A DNA stretch of 32,000 nt from Mycolicibacterium smegmatis (GCF_001457595.1 NZ_LN831039.1:3120001-3152000), one strand, 5' to 3'; counted from the first letter of the stretch, positions 17,566-27,543 are shown. Program-made: numbers and translations. Notes: generated by a model not told the origin, from the letters alone.

Positions 17566-19058
17566 GCCAGGCCTGCTTCCTCGTCGACGGTGAGCGCCAG
17601 GTACTTCGGCTCCAGATAGTCGTAGATCGCGTCGTGGCCGCCCTCGCGGCCGAGCCCGGACGCCTTCACGCCGCCGAACGCGGCGGCTGGGTCGGCCATG
17701 ATGCCCCGGTTGATGCCGACCATGCCGAAGTCCAGACGTTCCCCGACCGCCACCGCGCGCGACAGGTCACGGGTGAACACGTAGGCGGCGAGCCCGTACC
17801 GAGTGTCATTGGCGAACTCGATTGCCTCCGAAGTGGATTCGACCTGATAGATCGTGGCGACCGGGGCGAACAGTTCGCGGCTGCACAACTCGGTGGGGCG
17901 TCCGTTGACACGGAACACCGTCGGTGCGAAGAAGAACCCGTCGCCGGGCAGCGCGTTGCCGCCGGTCAGCAGCTCGGAGTCGAGCCCGCGCAGCGTGTCC
18001 ACCAACTCCGAGACCCCGTCGAGTTGCCGGGCCGAGATGATCGGTCCCACGTCGACGCCGTCGTCGAATCCGTTGCCTACGCGCAACTGCTCGGTGAGCG
18101 CCACGAAACGCTTGGTGAACTCCTCGGCGACCGCGCGGTGCACGATGATCCGGTTGGCGGCCACGCACGCCTGCCCGGCATTGCGGAACTTGCACACCAC
18201 GGCCTGCTTCGCGGCGAGTTCGACGTCGGCGTCCTCGAGCACGATGAACGGCCCGTCGCCGCCCAGTTCCATCGACGCGTTGAGGATCCCGGGCGCGGCC
18301 TGGGCGAGCAGCGTCGACCCCACGCCGGTGGAGCCCGTGAAGCTGATCTTGCGTAGCCGCGGATCGGCCATCAGCGCCGCGGACACCGCAGAGGACGACG
18401 TGGTGTGCACGAGGTTGACCACGCCGGCCGGGAAACCGGCCTCACGCAGCGTCTCGACGAACAACGCACAGGTGAGTGGGGTTTCCTTGGCGGATTTCAC
18501 GATCACCGGGCAACCGGCGGCCAGGGCCGCGCCCGCCTTGCGGGCGATCATCAACATCGGAAAGTTCCACGGGGTGATCAGCAGGGCCGGTCCGACCGGT
18601 TGGTGTGTGGTGACCACGCGGTAGCCGCCGTGGGATGCGGGCGCGTAGGTGCCGTGCAGGTGCGCGATCTGCTCGGTGTACCACAGGAAGAACTCGGCAC
18701 TGAGATTGAACTCGGCGCGTGATTCTGCCAATGGCTTACCGCTTTCGGCGGTCATCACCGCGGCGAACGCCTCGGCGCGTGAGCGCAGTAGGCGATACGC
18801 CTCGCCGAACAATCCGGCGCGGGCCCGCGGGGTGACGCGGCGCCACTCGTCGCGCACCGCGTGGGCGGCGTCGAGCGCCGCCAGCGCTTCGGCGGCACCG
18901 GCGTCGGACACATCCGCGATGTGCCCCGTGGTGGCCGGGTCGAGCACGGTGAACGTGGAATCCGTTGTGCGCCAGTCTCCACCGATGAACAAGCCGGTCG
19001 GTACGCGGTGACCGTGCACGGTCTCGACAGGGTGGGTGCTGGCCAGCGTGGTCGTCAT
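17562..19058 (-). CDS. NAD(P)-dependent aldehyde dehydrogenase (semialdehyde DH-like)
   Basis: ATG 19058 (MTTTLASTHPVETVHGHRV...), 498 aa. ITPWNFPMLMIARKAGAALAAGCPVIVKSA, MELGGDGPFIV, VCKFRNAGQACVAANR. Confidence 0.93.
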   Translation of the reverse strand: MTTTLASTHPVETVHGHRVPTGLFIGGDWRTTDSTFTVLDPATTGHIADVSDAGAAEALAALDAAHAVRDEWRRVTPRARAGLFGEAYRLLRSRAEAFAAVMTAESGKPLAESRAEFNLSAEFFLWYTEQIAHLHGTYAPASHGGYRVVTTHQPVGPALLITPWNFPMLMIARKAGAALAAGCPVIVKSAKETPLTCALFVETLREAGFPAGVVNLVHTTSSSAVSAALMADPRLRKISFTGSTGVGSTLLAQAAPGILNASMELGGDGPFIVLEDADVELAAKQAVVCKFRNAGQACVAANRIIVHRAVAEEFTKRFVALTEQLRVGNGFDDGVDVGPIISARQLDGVSELVDTLRGLDSELLTGGNALPGDGFFFAPTVFRVNGRPTELCSRELFAPVATIYQVESTSEAIEFANDTRYGLAAYVFTRDLSRAVAVGERLDFGMVGINRGIMADPAAAFGGVKASGLGREGGHDAIYDYLEPKYLALTVDEEAGLA

Positions 19059-19237
19059 GAAGCCCAAGCTAGGGCGGTCGGGGCGGTATCCGTCCGACTG
19101 CCTCTTTTTGAGACAGTTCAGGCGCTGACGCCAGATCCGATTACGGTAAACTTTGTGATCCAGATCGCACTGAAGCGCAGGTTCGACGCCCTCCGGCACG
19201 TCGGTTCAGCGGCGGAGTTCGCGTGACGCAAGGAGTG

Positions 19238-20959
19238 ATGGTGTCGACACGGCGCAACGAGGCCCGCATCGAGGACATCCGTGCTCAGTTCCTGACAGCG
19301 TCCGAGCCGGGCCGTGCCGTGCCGGCCGATCTGCTGGAGTCGTGGGTGCGGTCCAAGGCAGCCCTGGGGACACCGGCGAACGTCCGCGACGTGCCGCAGG
19401 TGGACGAGGATCTGCTCGACAACCACCTGGTGGAGATGTTCCAGGCGCCCATGGCGCGGGTCGCCGAGGATCTCGGTGGCTCGGGTATGGGCCTGCTGCT
19501 GGCCGACGCCGAGGGTCGGATCCTGCAGCGCTGGTCGCAGGACGCATCGGCGATGAGCCATCTCGACCGGCTCGGCACGGTCCGCGGTGCGGTCCTGGCC
19601 GAGGACACGGTAGGCACCAACGGCGTCGGCACGGTGATCGCGGCTGGCAAGAGCGTCCAGATCGCCGGTGCCGAACACTTCGCCGACATCTACCGCACCG
19701 CGGTGTGCACCGGGGCGCCGGTGTGGCATCCGCTTTCGGGCAAACTGCTCGCGGTGGTGACGGTGTCGACCATGCTCAGCGAACGCAGTGGCCTGCTCGT
19801 GCCGTTGACCAACTCCGTTGCTGCGCAACTCGAACAGCATGTGCTCGACGTGGCCCAGCCGGGCGCCCGCGCCATGCTCGCGGCGTTCCTGGAGTCCTCG
19901 GCCCGGCACGCCGGCCCGGTGGTGGCCTTCGGCCCCGACGGGCTGACGATGCGCAGCCGCCGCGCCGGCGAGCTCACGCAGACTGACGTCGACACCATCA
20001 ACCATCTGTGTGCGGGGCTGCGCCGCGATGTTCAGGTGACGGCCGAGTTGTCCGTGGGCCCGACGGTCATCGACGTCGCCGCACTCGACGGCGGCGCCGG
20101 GGTGGTCGCGGCGCTGCGTCCGGCCCCGAGATCGTCGGCCGCGCACAGCATTGCGTCGTCGTCGGCGCTGGTGGGGCAGTCGAAGTCATGGCGTGCCGTC
20201 GCGCACCGCGTCAGCAGGCACATCGCCACCCGCGAACCGATTCTGGTGGCGGGGGAGTTAGGCACCGGCAAGACCTCGCTCGCGCTCGGCCGGCCGTTCT
20301 CGGCCGGCGCAGCGGATACCGCGACGATCGTGCACGGGGCCGAACGGCAGATCGTCGGCGACCAGACCTGGTTGCAGCGCGTGGCCGACGCGGTCGAGGC
20401 GGGCCCGGTGGTGATCCGCGGGGCCGAGCACGTCGACGGCCACGTCCTGGCCGCGGTCCGGACCCTCATCGACGGGCAGCGGGGCACGACCCCGATCGTG
20501 CTCACCATGACGGCCGCGCTCAGGGCCGAGGCGGAATCGGCGGCCGGCCGGTTCGGGGTGCCCATGGTGTGGGTGCCGCCGCTGCGTGAACGTGTGTCCG
20601 ATATCGGTGTGTTGTGGAATTCCTTTGTCGCCCAGTGCTCGCCGGGCGCGCGCCTCCCGCTCGCGGACGCCGCGCGCCAGGCGCTGGAGGCCGCGGGGTG
20701 GCCGGGGAACCTGTCAGACCTGCGCGGTGCCGTCGACACCGTGCTGGCGTCGGGCAAGCGCGGCACGGTGCAGGTCGACGACCTGCCCGACACCCTGCGC
20801 AGCCGTCGCACCTGGACGCTGATGGAGCGCACCGAGATCGAGGCGATCCGGCGGGCCCTTCAGGAGGCAGATGGCAACCGATCCAAGGCGGCCGAACTGC
20901 TGGGCGTGTCCAGGGCGACGATCCACCGGAAGATGAAGACGTACCACCTTTCCGGCTGA
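19238..20959 (+). CDS. AcoR-like Fis-family activator: GAF-type N-terminus, divergent AAA+ domain without GAFTGA, C-terminal Fis HTH
   Basis: RBS AAGGAG (19230-19235) precedes ATG 19238; the track start is GTG 19223. HLDRLGTVRGAVLAEDTVGTNGVGTVIAAGKSVQIAGAEHFADIYRTAVCTGAPVW is AcoR/GAF-like. Walker A is GELGTGKT. C-terminus IEAIRRALQEADGNRSKAAELLGVSRATIHRKMKTY. Confidence 0.88.
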   Translation: MVSTRRNEARIEDIRAQFLTASEPGRAVPADLLESWVRSKAALGTPANVRDVPQVDEDLLDNHLVEMFQAPMARVAEDLGGSGMGLLLADAEGRILQRWSQDASAMSHLDRLGTVRGAVLAEDTVGTNGVGTVIAAGKSVQIAGAEHFADIYRTAVCTGAPVWHPLSGKLLAVVTVSTMLSERSGLLVPLTNSVAAQLEQHVLDVAQPGARAMLAAFLESSARHAGPVVAFGPDGLTMRSRRAGELTQTDVDTINHLCAGLRRDVQVTAELSVGPTVIDVAALDGGAGVVAALRPAPRSSAAHSIASSSALVGQSKSWRAVAHRVSRHIATREPILVAGELGTGKTSLALGRPFSAGAADTATIVHGAERQIVGDQTWLQRVADAVEAGPVVIRGAEHVDGHVLAAVRTLIDGQRGTTPIVLTMTAALRAEAESAAGRFGVPMVWVPPLRERVSDIGVLWNSFVAQCSPGARLPLADAARQALEAAGWPGNLSDLRGAVDTVLASGKRGTVQVDDLPDTLRSRRTWTLMERTEIEAIRRALQEADGNRSKAAELLGVSRATIHRKMKTYHLSG

Positions 20960-20976
20960 CCGGTCGTGCGTCGGGC

Positions 20977-21708
20977 TCACTGGGCCAGGTATCCGCCGTC
21001 GATCACCAATTCCGAACCCGTGACGAAACTGGCTTCGTCAGAGGCCAGGAACACCACGCCGTTGGCGATCTCGTCAGGTGTGCCCGCGCGGCCCATGGGG
21101 GTCTGGCTCACGACATAGTCGTTGATGGTGGTTTCCTGTGCGTCGGTCAGCGGTGTGCGGATGAACCCGGGATGCACCGAGTTGACGCGCACATTGTCCT
21201 TGGCGTAACTGATCGCGGCACTCTTCGACATGTTGCGTACCGCACCCTTCGTGGCGTGGTAGGCGTGCGCGCCGGCCACCGCGGCCGAACCCCAGATCGA
21301 GGAGATGTTGATGATCGAACCGCCGTGCTGGGACACCATGTGCGGGATCACCGCGCGCATCCCGAGCCACGTGCCGGTCTGGTTGGTGGCGACCACGCGA
21401 TTCCACTCGGGCACTGTGAGTTCGTGCAGCCCCTGGTAGGCGATGATGCCCGCGTTGTTCACCAGCACGTCGATACGGCCATACCGTTCTACGGTTTCGG
21501 TGACCACCGAATCCCAGTCTTCTTCTGACGCAACATCGAGTTGGCGGTACTCGACTTCGGCCGAGCGCGGGCCCAGCGCCTCGTCGGTTTTCGACCGGCC
21601 CGTCGCGACCGTGATGGCGCCCTCGCGGGCCAGGGCATCGGCGATCGCGTGGCCGATTCCACGGCACGTACCGGTGACGATGGCGACCTTGCCGTCCAAT
21701 CGATTCAT
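20977..21708 (-). CDS. Short-chain dehydrogenase/reductase (SDR)
   Basis: 243 aa. KVAIVTGTCRGIGHAIADALA, VLVNNAG, INISSIWGSAAVAGAHAYHATKGAV, AND C-terminal TGSELVIDGGYLAQ. Confidence 0.93.
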   Translation of the reverse strand: MNRLDGKVAIVTGTCRGIGHAIADALAREGAITVATGRSKTDEALGPRSAEVEYRQLDVASEEDWDSVVTETVERYGRIDVLVNNAGIIAYQGLHELTVPEWNRVVATNQTGTWLGMRAVIPHMVSQHGGSIINISSIWGSAAVAGAHAYHATKGAVRNMSKSAAISYAKDNVRVNSVHPGFIRTPLTDAQETTINDYVVSQTPMGRAGTPDEIANGVVFLASDEASFVTGSELVIDGGYLAQ

Positions 21709-21854
21709 CTCGACTGCCTTTCTGTGATGAACATCTGGGGTTCAGGCAACGGGATTGCTGCACCGGGTCGTGGTGGTGGATCACAGTGATACAGGCGTGC
21801 GTCATTTTGCGACACCATGGCAACGGTCTGGTGACGGCGCACACACTTGCGCCC

Positions 21855-22772
21855 ATGTCGATAAACCAACCGAATGACCCTCTGGGCGTCATCTATGCCG
21901 AATGGACCGAAGAGTTCGTCGCCAACCCGGACATGTCGCTGCGCCTCATGCGGTGGGTGTTCGAGGATTGGCAACGCGTCACGTCCGAACCAGAAGACGT
22001 CACCTATGCGTCGACCCGGATCGGTGGTGTGCCAGGCATTCTCGTCAAGCCACTCGACGCCGATCCCGGGCAGATGCTGGTTGTGCTGCACGGCGGCGGG
22101 TTCGCGCTCGGATCGTCGGCGAGCCACCGCAAACTGGCCGGGCACCTGGCTCGCGCGTTCGGCGCGCACGCTTTCGTCGCCGACTTCCGGCTTGCTCCCG
22201 AACACCCGTATCCCGCACAGATCGACGATGCGACAGCCGTTTTCACCTCGCTCCTCGACAATGGCATCGACGCGAGCAGCATCACTTTCGTGGGGGACAG
22301 CGCCGGCGCCAGCATCGCCGTCGCCACCACGTTGCGCCTGTTGCGCGACGGGGCGCCCGTGCCGGGCCGCGTCATCACGATCTCGCCGTGGCTCGACATG
22401 GAGAACAGCGGCAGCACCATCGAGTCCAACGACGCCACCGACTTCCTCATCACGCGGGAGGGCCTGCAGGGCAACATCGACCGCTACCTGTCGGGCGGCG
22501 CATCGCCGACCGACCCGCTGGTGAACCCGCTCTACGCCGATTTCACCGGCTTCCCACGGCTGTACATCACGGTGTCCGACACCGAATCGCTGTACGCCGA
22601 CGCCACGAGACTCGCCGAGAAGGCACGTGCCGCGGGTGTCGACGTGACGTTCGAGGTGGCGTCCGGGCAGCAGCACGTCTTCCCGCTGCAGGCCGGAGTG
22701 CTGCCCGAGGCCGACGCTGCGATCGAGTCGATGGCGGCCTGGTACCGCTCCGCCAAACCCCTTGCCGTCTGA
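21855..22772 (+). CDS. Alpha/beta hydrolase fold-3 (HSL-family esterase/lactonase-like)
   Basis: ATG 21855 (MSINQPNDPLGVIYAEW...), 305 aa. VVLHGGGFALGSSASHR, FVGDSAGASIAVA, HVFPLQAG. The track start 21786 is less likely. Confidence 0.9.
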   Translation: MSINQPNDPLGVIYAEWTEEFVANPDMSLRLMRWVFEDWQRVTSEPEDVTYASTRIGGVPGILVKPLDADPGQMLVVLHGGGFALGSSASHRKLAGHLARAFGAHAFVADFRLAPEHPYPAQIDDATAVFTSLLDNGIDASSITFVGDSAGASIAVATTLRLLRDGAPVPGRVITISPWLDMENSGSTIESNDATDFLITREGLQGNIDRYLSGGASPTDPLVNPLYADFTGFPRLYITVSDTESLYADATRLAEKARAAGVDVTFEVASGQQHVFPLQAGVLPEADAAIESMAAWYRSAKPLAV

Positions 22773-22788
22773 ACGCGAAGGACCTGAC

Positions 22789-24435
22789 ATGCACCAGAAC
22801 ACGGCCAACGACTTCGAAACATTCGACGCGATCGTCATCGGCGCCGGATTCTCCGGTTTGGCGATCCTGCACCACCTGCGCGAGATCGGCCTGCGCACCG
22901 TGGTGCTCGACGCGCAGGACGGTATCGGCGGGACCTGGTGGGCCAACCGGTATCCCGGCGTGCGCACCGACAGCGAATACAGCTACTACTCGTTCTCGTT
23001 CTCGAAGGAAGTTCGCGAGGAATGGACGTGGTCGCAGCGCTACCCTGCGGGCCAGGAGGTGCTCGACTACCTCAACTTCGTGGCCGACCGCCTGGATCTG
23101 CGTCGCGACATCCGCCTCGGTGTCCGTGTCGATTCGGCACGCTACGACGAACCCGCCAACCGCTGGGTCGTCACCACCACCGACGGCGTGGAACTGACCA
23201 CGAAGTACCTCATCAGCGGTATGGGTGTGCTCTCGCAGTCGATCTACCCGGACATCCCGGGTATCGAGACGTTCGCCGGCGCGAGGTACCACACCGCCCA
23301 CTGGCCGCGTGACGGCGTCGACCTCGCGGGCAAGCGGGTAGGTCTGATCGGACTCGGCGCGTCGGGCATTCAGGTGGTGCCGACGATCGCACCGGAGGTC
23401 GCCGAACTCGTGGTGTTCCAACGCACCCCGAACTTCGTGGTCGAGACCACCAACGATCCCGTGACGCCCGAGCAGATGCAGTGGCTGCGTGAGAACTACG
23501 ACACGGTGTTCGAGAAGGCCGCCAACCACCCGTTCGGGGTCGCGATGGAACCCGCACAGTTCAGCGCACTCGAGGTCGACGACGACGAACGCCGACGCAT
23601 CTTCGAAGCGAAGTGGAACGAGGGCGGATTCCACTTCGCCAACGAGTGTTTCAACGACCTGGCCACCAACCACCAGGCCAGCGAGCTCGCCTCGGAATTC
23701 ATCCGGTCCAAGATCCGCGAGATCGTCAAGGATCCCGCGACCGCGGATCTGCTGTGCCCCAAGGACTATTCCTTCAACGGCAAGCGCGTCCCCACCGGTC
23801 ACGGCTACTACGATGCGTTCAACCTCGACCACGTGCGCCTCGTCGACGTGGCATCACAACCCATCACGGAGATCACACCGCACGGCGTCAAGGTGGGGGA
23901 GCGCGAATACGAACTCGACGTGTTGATCTTCGCGACCGGATTCGACGCCATGACCGGCACACTCACCTTCATCGACATCATCGGGCGCGACGGGATCACG
24001 TTGCGCGGCAGGTGGGCCCGCGACGGGCTACGGTCGAACCTGGGGATCGGCGTGCACGGGTTCCCGAACTTCTTCATGTCCCTCGGCCCGCAGACGCCGT
24101 ACTCCAACCTGGTGGTCCCCATCCAGCTTGGCGCGCAATGGCTACAGCGCGCCATCCGCTGGGCCGAGGACAACGGGGTGGACCGGCTGGAGGCCACGCG
24201 GGAATCCGAAGAGTGGTGGGCCGAGGAGACCGAACGTGCCGGCAAGGCCACGGTGATGTACACCGAGGGCAAGAAGGCCAAGGCGTGGTTCCTCGGCGAG
24301 AACGTGCCAGGCAAGCCCGAGGCCTTCCTGGTGTACATGGGGGGTGGGCAGGTCTACCAGCAGTACTGCCGTGAGGTCGAGCAGAGCGGCTACGCGTCGT
24401 TCCTGGCGGGTGCTCTCGTCGGCGACGCCGTCTGA
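22789..24435 (+). CDS. Flavin-containing (Baeyer-Villiger type) monooxygenase
   Basis: ATG 22789, 548 aa. IVIGAGFSGLAILHHL, GTWWANRYPGVRTDSEYSYYSFSF, and FAGARYHTAHWP at 23272-23307 matches the BVMO fingerprint FxGxxxHxxxWP. Second Rossmann VGLIGLGASGIQ. Confidence 0.94.
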   Translation: MHQNTANDFETFDAIVIGAGFSGLAILHHLREIGLRTVVLDAQDGIGGTWWANRYPGVRTDSEYSYYSFSFSKEVREEWTWSQRYPAGQEVLDYLNFVADRLDLRRDIRLGVRVDSARYDEPANRWVVTTTDGVELTTKYLISGMGVLSQSIYPDIPGIETFAGARYHTAHWPRDGVDLAGKRVGLIGLGASGIQVVPTIAPEVAELVVFQRTPNFVVETTNDPVTPEQMQWLRENYDTVFEKAANHPFGVAMEPAQFSALEVDDDERRRIFEAKWNEGGFHFANECFNDLATNHQASELASEFIRSKIREIVKDPATADLLCPKDYSFNGKRVPTGHGYYDAFNLDHVRLVDVASQPITEITPHGVKVGEREYELDVLIFATGFDAMTGTLTFIDIIGRDGITLRGRWARDGLRSNLGIGVHGFPNFFMSLGPQTPYSNLVVPIQLGAQWLQRAIRWAEDNGVDRLEATRESEEWWAEETERAGKATVMYTEGKKAKAWFLGENVPGKPEAFLVYMGGGQVYQQYCREVEQSGYASFLAGALVGDAV

Positions 24436-24444
24436 GCACCGTGT

Positions 24445-24503
24445 GCCGAAACGCCATTCCAGCAGAAAGTGCGAGTAGACCCCTGCTGGAATGCCGTTTC
24501 GGC
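24445..24503. terminator. Long near-perfect inverted repeat between convergent genes
   Basis: GCCGAAACGCCATTCCAGCAG (24445-24465), 17-nt loop, CTGCTGGAATGCCGTTTCGGC (24483-24503); 21-bp arms, one mismatch. Confidence 0.7.
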
Positions 24504-24510
24504 GGAAGGA

Positions 24511-25695
<1,185 letters not shown>

Positions 25696-25717
25696 CAGTG
25701 CCTCCTGAGTCTCACCG

Positions 25718-25767
25718 CTGAGTATTATTATCTGTACTCAGATGTATCACACCTGGGTATAGTGATA
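25718..25767. promoter_or_regulatory. Two inverted repeats in the divergent thiolase/HxlR intergenic region
   Basis: CTGAGTA(25718-25724)-N10-TACTCAG(25735-25741); TATCAC(25745-25750)-N11-GTGATA(25762-25767). Confidence 0.5.
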
Positions 25768-25792
25768 ACAACTCAGCGATGGGAATGATTCC

Positions 25793-26263
25793 GTGGCAAT
25801 GCTGCAGGGTGCGCTCGCCGATCGTGACGCCTGGTCGCCGGTGGGGCGGTGCCCGATCGAGAAGGCGATGGGTCTGGTCGGCACCAAATCCGCGATGCTG
25901 ATCATGCGGGAGGCGTACTACGGCACCACACGCTTCGAGGACTTCTGGCGTCGCGTCGGCGTGACCAAGGCCGCGGCCTCGGCGCGGCTGTCCGACCTTG
26001 TCGAAGCCGGTCTGCTGGAGCGCAGGCCCTACCAGGAGCCCGGTCAGCGCGTGCGCGACGAGTACGTGCTCACCGATGCGGGCCGCGATTTCATGCCCGT
26101 GGTGTGGGCACTGTTCGAATGGGGCCGCAGGCACATCCCGAACGACTCCCCACTGCGACTCGCGCACGACGGGTGCGGCGCGTACGCGACGGTCGAGGTG
26201 CGGTGCGACGACGGCCACGTGGTGCCGCCCGACGAACTCGTCATCCGGGTGGCCCGGGCCTGA
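25793..26263 (+). CDS. HxlR family winged-helix transcriptional regulator
   Basis: 156 aa. CPIEKAMGLVGTKSAMLIMREAYYGTTRFEDFWRRVGVTKAAASARLSDLVEAGLLERRPYQEPGQRVRDEYVLTDAGRDF. Confidence 0.9.
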   Translation: MAMLQGALADRDAWSPVGRCPIEKAMGLVGTKSAMLIMREAYYGTTRFEDFWRRVGVTKAAASARLSDLVEAGLLERRPYQEPGQRVRDEYVLTDAGRDFMPVVWALFEWGRRHIPNDSPLRLAHDGCGAYATVEVRCDDGHVVPPDELVIRVARA

Positions 26264-26289
26264 GAGGTGAGGGTTCAGCCCGATAGGGG

Positions 26290-26351
26290 CGTCGACCGTG
26301 CGCTGAGGGCGGGATTCGGCGCGGATTCCCGCCACCGGCGCACGCTCGACG
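26290..26351. terminator. Nested inverted repeats between convergent genes
   Basis: Outer CGTCGACCGTGCGC (26290-26303)/GCGCACGCTCGACG (26338-26351), one mismatch; inner GGCGGGA (26308-26314)/TCCCGCC (26327-26333). Confidence 0.6.
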
Positions 26352-26372
26352 AAGAGTTCGGCCCCACTGAAC

Positions 26373-26753
26373 TCACTGAACGTCGGCCAGGAACTTCTCC
26401 ACGAGCGTCGCAGGTGCCTGCGTCAGCCACGCCTCGGTGACCAACTCCTCGAGTTCGTCGGGTTCGATCGCCGCCAGGCGGATCAGCACGATGGGATACC
26501 CGTCGAAGTGCGGTGTGGTGAAGTAGACAGCCGGATCATCGGCGACCAACGCGAGTTTCACACCCTCGTCGGAGACCCGGACGCCGAGGATGTCGCCGGT
26601 CGGCGCATCGGCGCCCAGCGCCGCGAGGTCAGCCTTGCGCAGCGGACGCTCCCATGCGATCCGCTTCTTGCGGACGCGCCACGTCCGCGGCGTCTGTTCG
26701 TCGGTCTCGGGCAGCGCCGCCGCGATACGAGCCACGTCGTACCAGTCGGCCAC
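26373..26753 (-). CDS. MmcQ/YjbR family protein
   Basis: 126 aa. ALPETDEQTPRTWRVRKKRIAWERPL, VRVSDEGVKLALVADDPAVYFTTPHFDGYPIVLIRLAAI. Confidence 0.85.
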   Translation of the reverse strand: MADWYDVARIAAALPETDEQTPRTWRVRKKRIAWERPLRKADLAALGADAPTGDILGVRVSDEGVKLALVADDPAVYFTTPHFDGYPIVLIRLAAIEPDELEELVTEAWLTQAPATLVEKFLADVQ

Positions 26754-26796
26754 GTAGTCACGCTACCGCCGCGACGGCCCGGTTCCTATAGACCGA

Positions 26797-27543
26797 TCAG
26801 AGATGACTCACACCGAGACCCACGAAGAACACGCCGACCGCGCCGGCGATCACGGTGATCACGAGCCGCTGGTGGGTCTTCATGGCCGCGTACGTGCGCT
26901 CCACCGCGGCGCGGGTGGCCACCGGAGCGACCCAGAAACTGATGATCGGGATCAGCGCCGCGGCGAACCCGACGACGTTGAACATCACCAGCGCCGCCAT
27001 CTGCTCGCCGACCGCGGCGCCCGAGGTCAGCACCGCGGCCATCGCGGCCAGATAGTACGGCGTCGGAAAACCGTTGCTGAGCCCCAGAAGGGCTGCGGCC
27101 CAGGCAGCCTCGCCGCGCAACGCGGCTTTGACGCTCTCCGGCAGCTTCGACACGATCGGCAGTGAATCAAGCGGCGGTGGCGCCGGTCCCTCGCCCGGTT
27201 CGGCCCGGTCGGACCCGGCCGCCGGAACCGTGGCACGCCTGTGGCGGAACCGGTCGACGACGCGGGACGCGGTACCGGTGGCCACGAGAGCCGCGAGCAG
27301 CAGGGCGGCCACCCCGATCCCGATCTCGGCGGCCGGCGCGATGGCCTGGCCGCCGTCACCGGAGGTGTTCTTGAAGACGAACACCACGGCCGCGCCCACC
27401 GCGACGTTGAGACCGAACGCGACGGCGAAGAAGGGGAGCAGCAACCGCATGGGATGGCGCCGGGACAGCATGTAGGCCACCACACCGATACGCAGGGGGT
27501 CGACTCCGGCAACGACGGCCATCACCAGCACCGTGCTCCACAT
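26797..27543 (-). CDS. GAP/Sap-like (peptidoglycolipid addressing/exporting) membrane protein
   Basis: 248 aa, about six TM segments. MAVVAGVDPLRIGVVAYMLSRRHPMRLLLPFFAVAFGLN, and a C-terminal half with LGLSNGFPTPYYLAAMAAVLTSG. Confidence 0.75.
   Translation of the reverse strand: MWSTVLVMAVVAGVDPLRIGVVAYMLSRRHPMRLLLPFFAVAFGLNVAVGAAVVFVFKNTSGDGGQAIAPAAEIGIGVAALLLAALVATGTASRVVDRFRHRRATVPAAGSDRAEPGEGPAPPPLDSLPIVSKLPESVKAALRGEAAWAAALLGLSNGFPTPYYLAAMAAVLTSGAAVGEQMAALVMFNVVGFAAALIPIISFWVAPVATRAAVERTYAAMKTHQRLVITVIAGAVGVFFVGLGVSHL

Noticed and set aside
19095-21747. CGACTGCCT...GTTCAGGC word pair in both the aldDH/regulator and SDR/hydrolase gaps (19095-19123 and 21711-21747)
   Set aside because: Spacing differs (21 versus 29 bp) and the second CGACTGCCT overlaps the SDR ribosome-binding region, so a shared operator is not supported.
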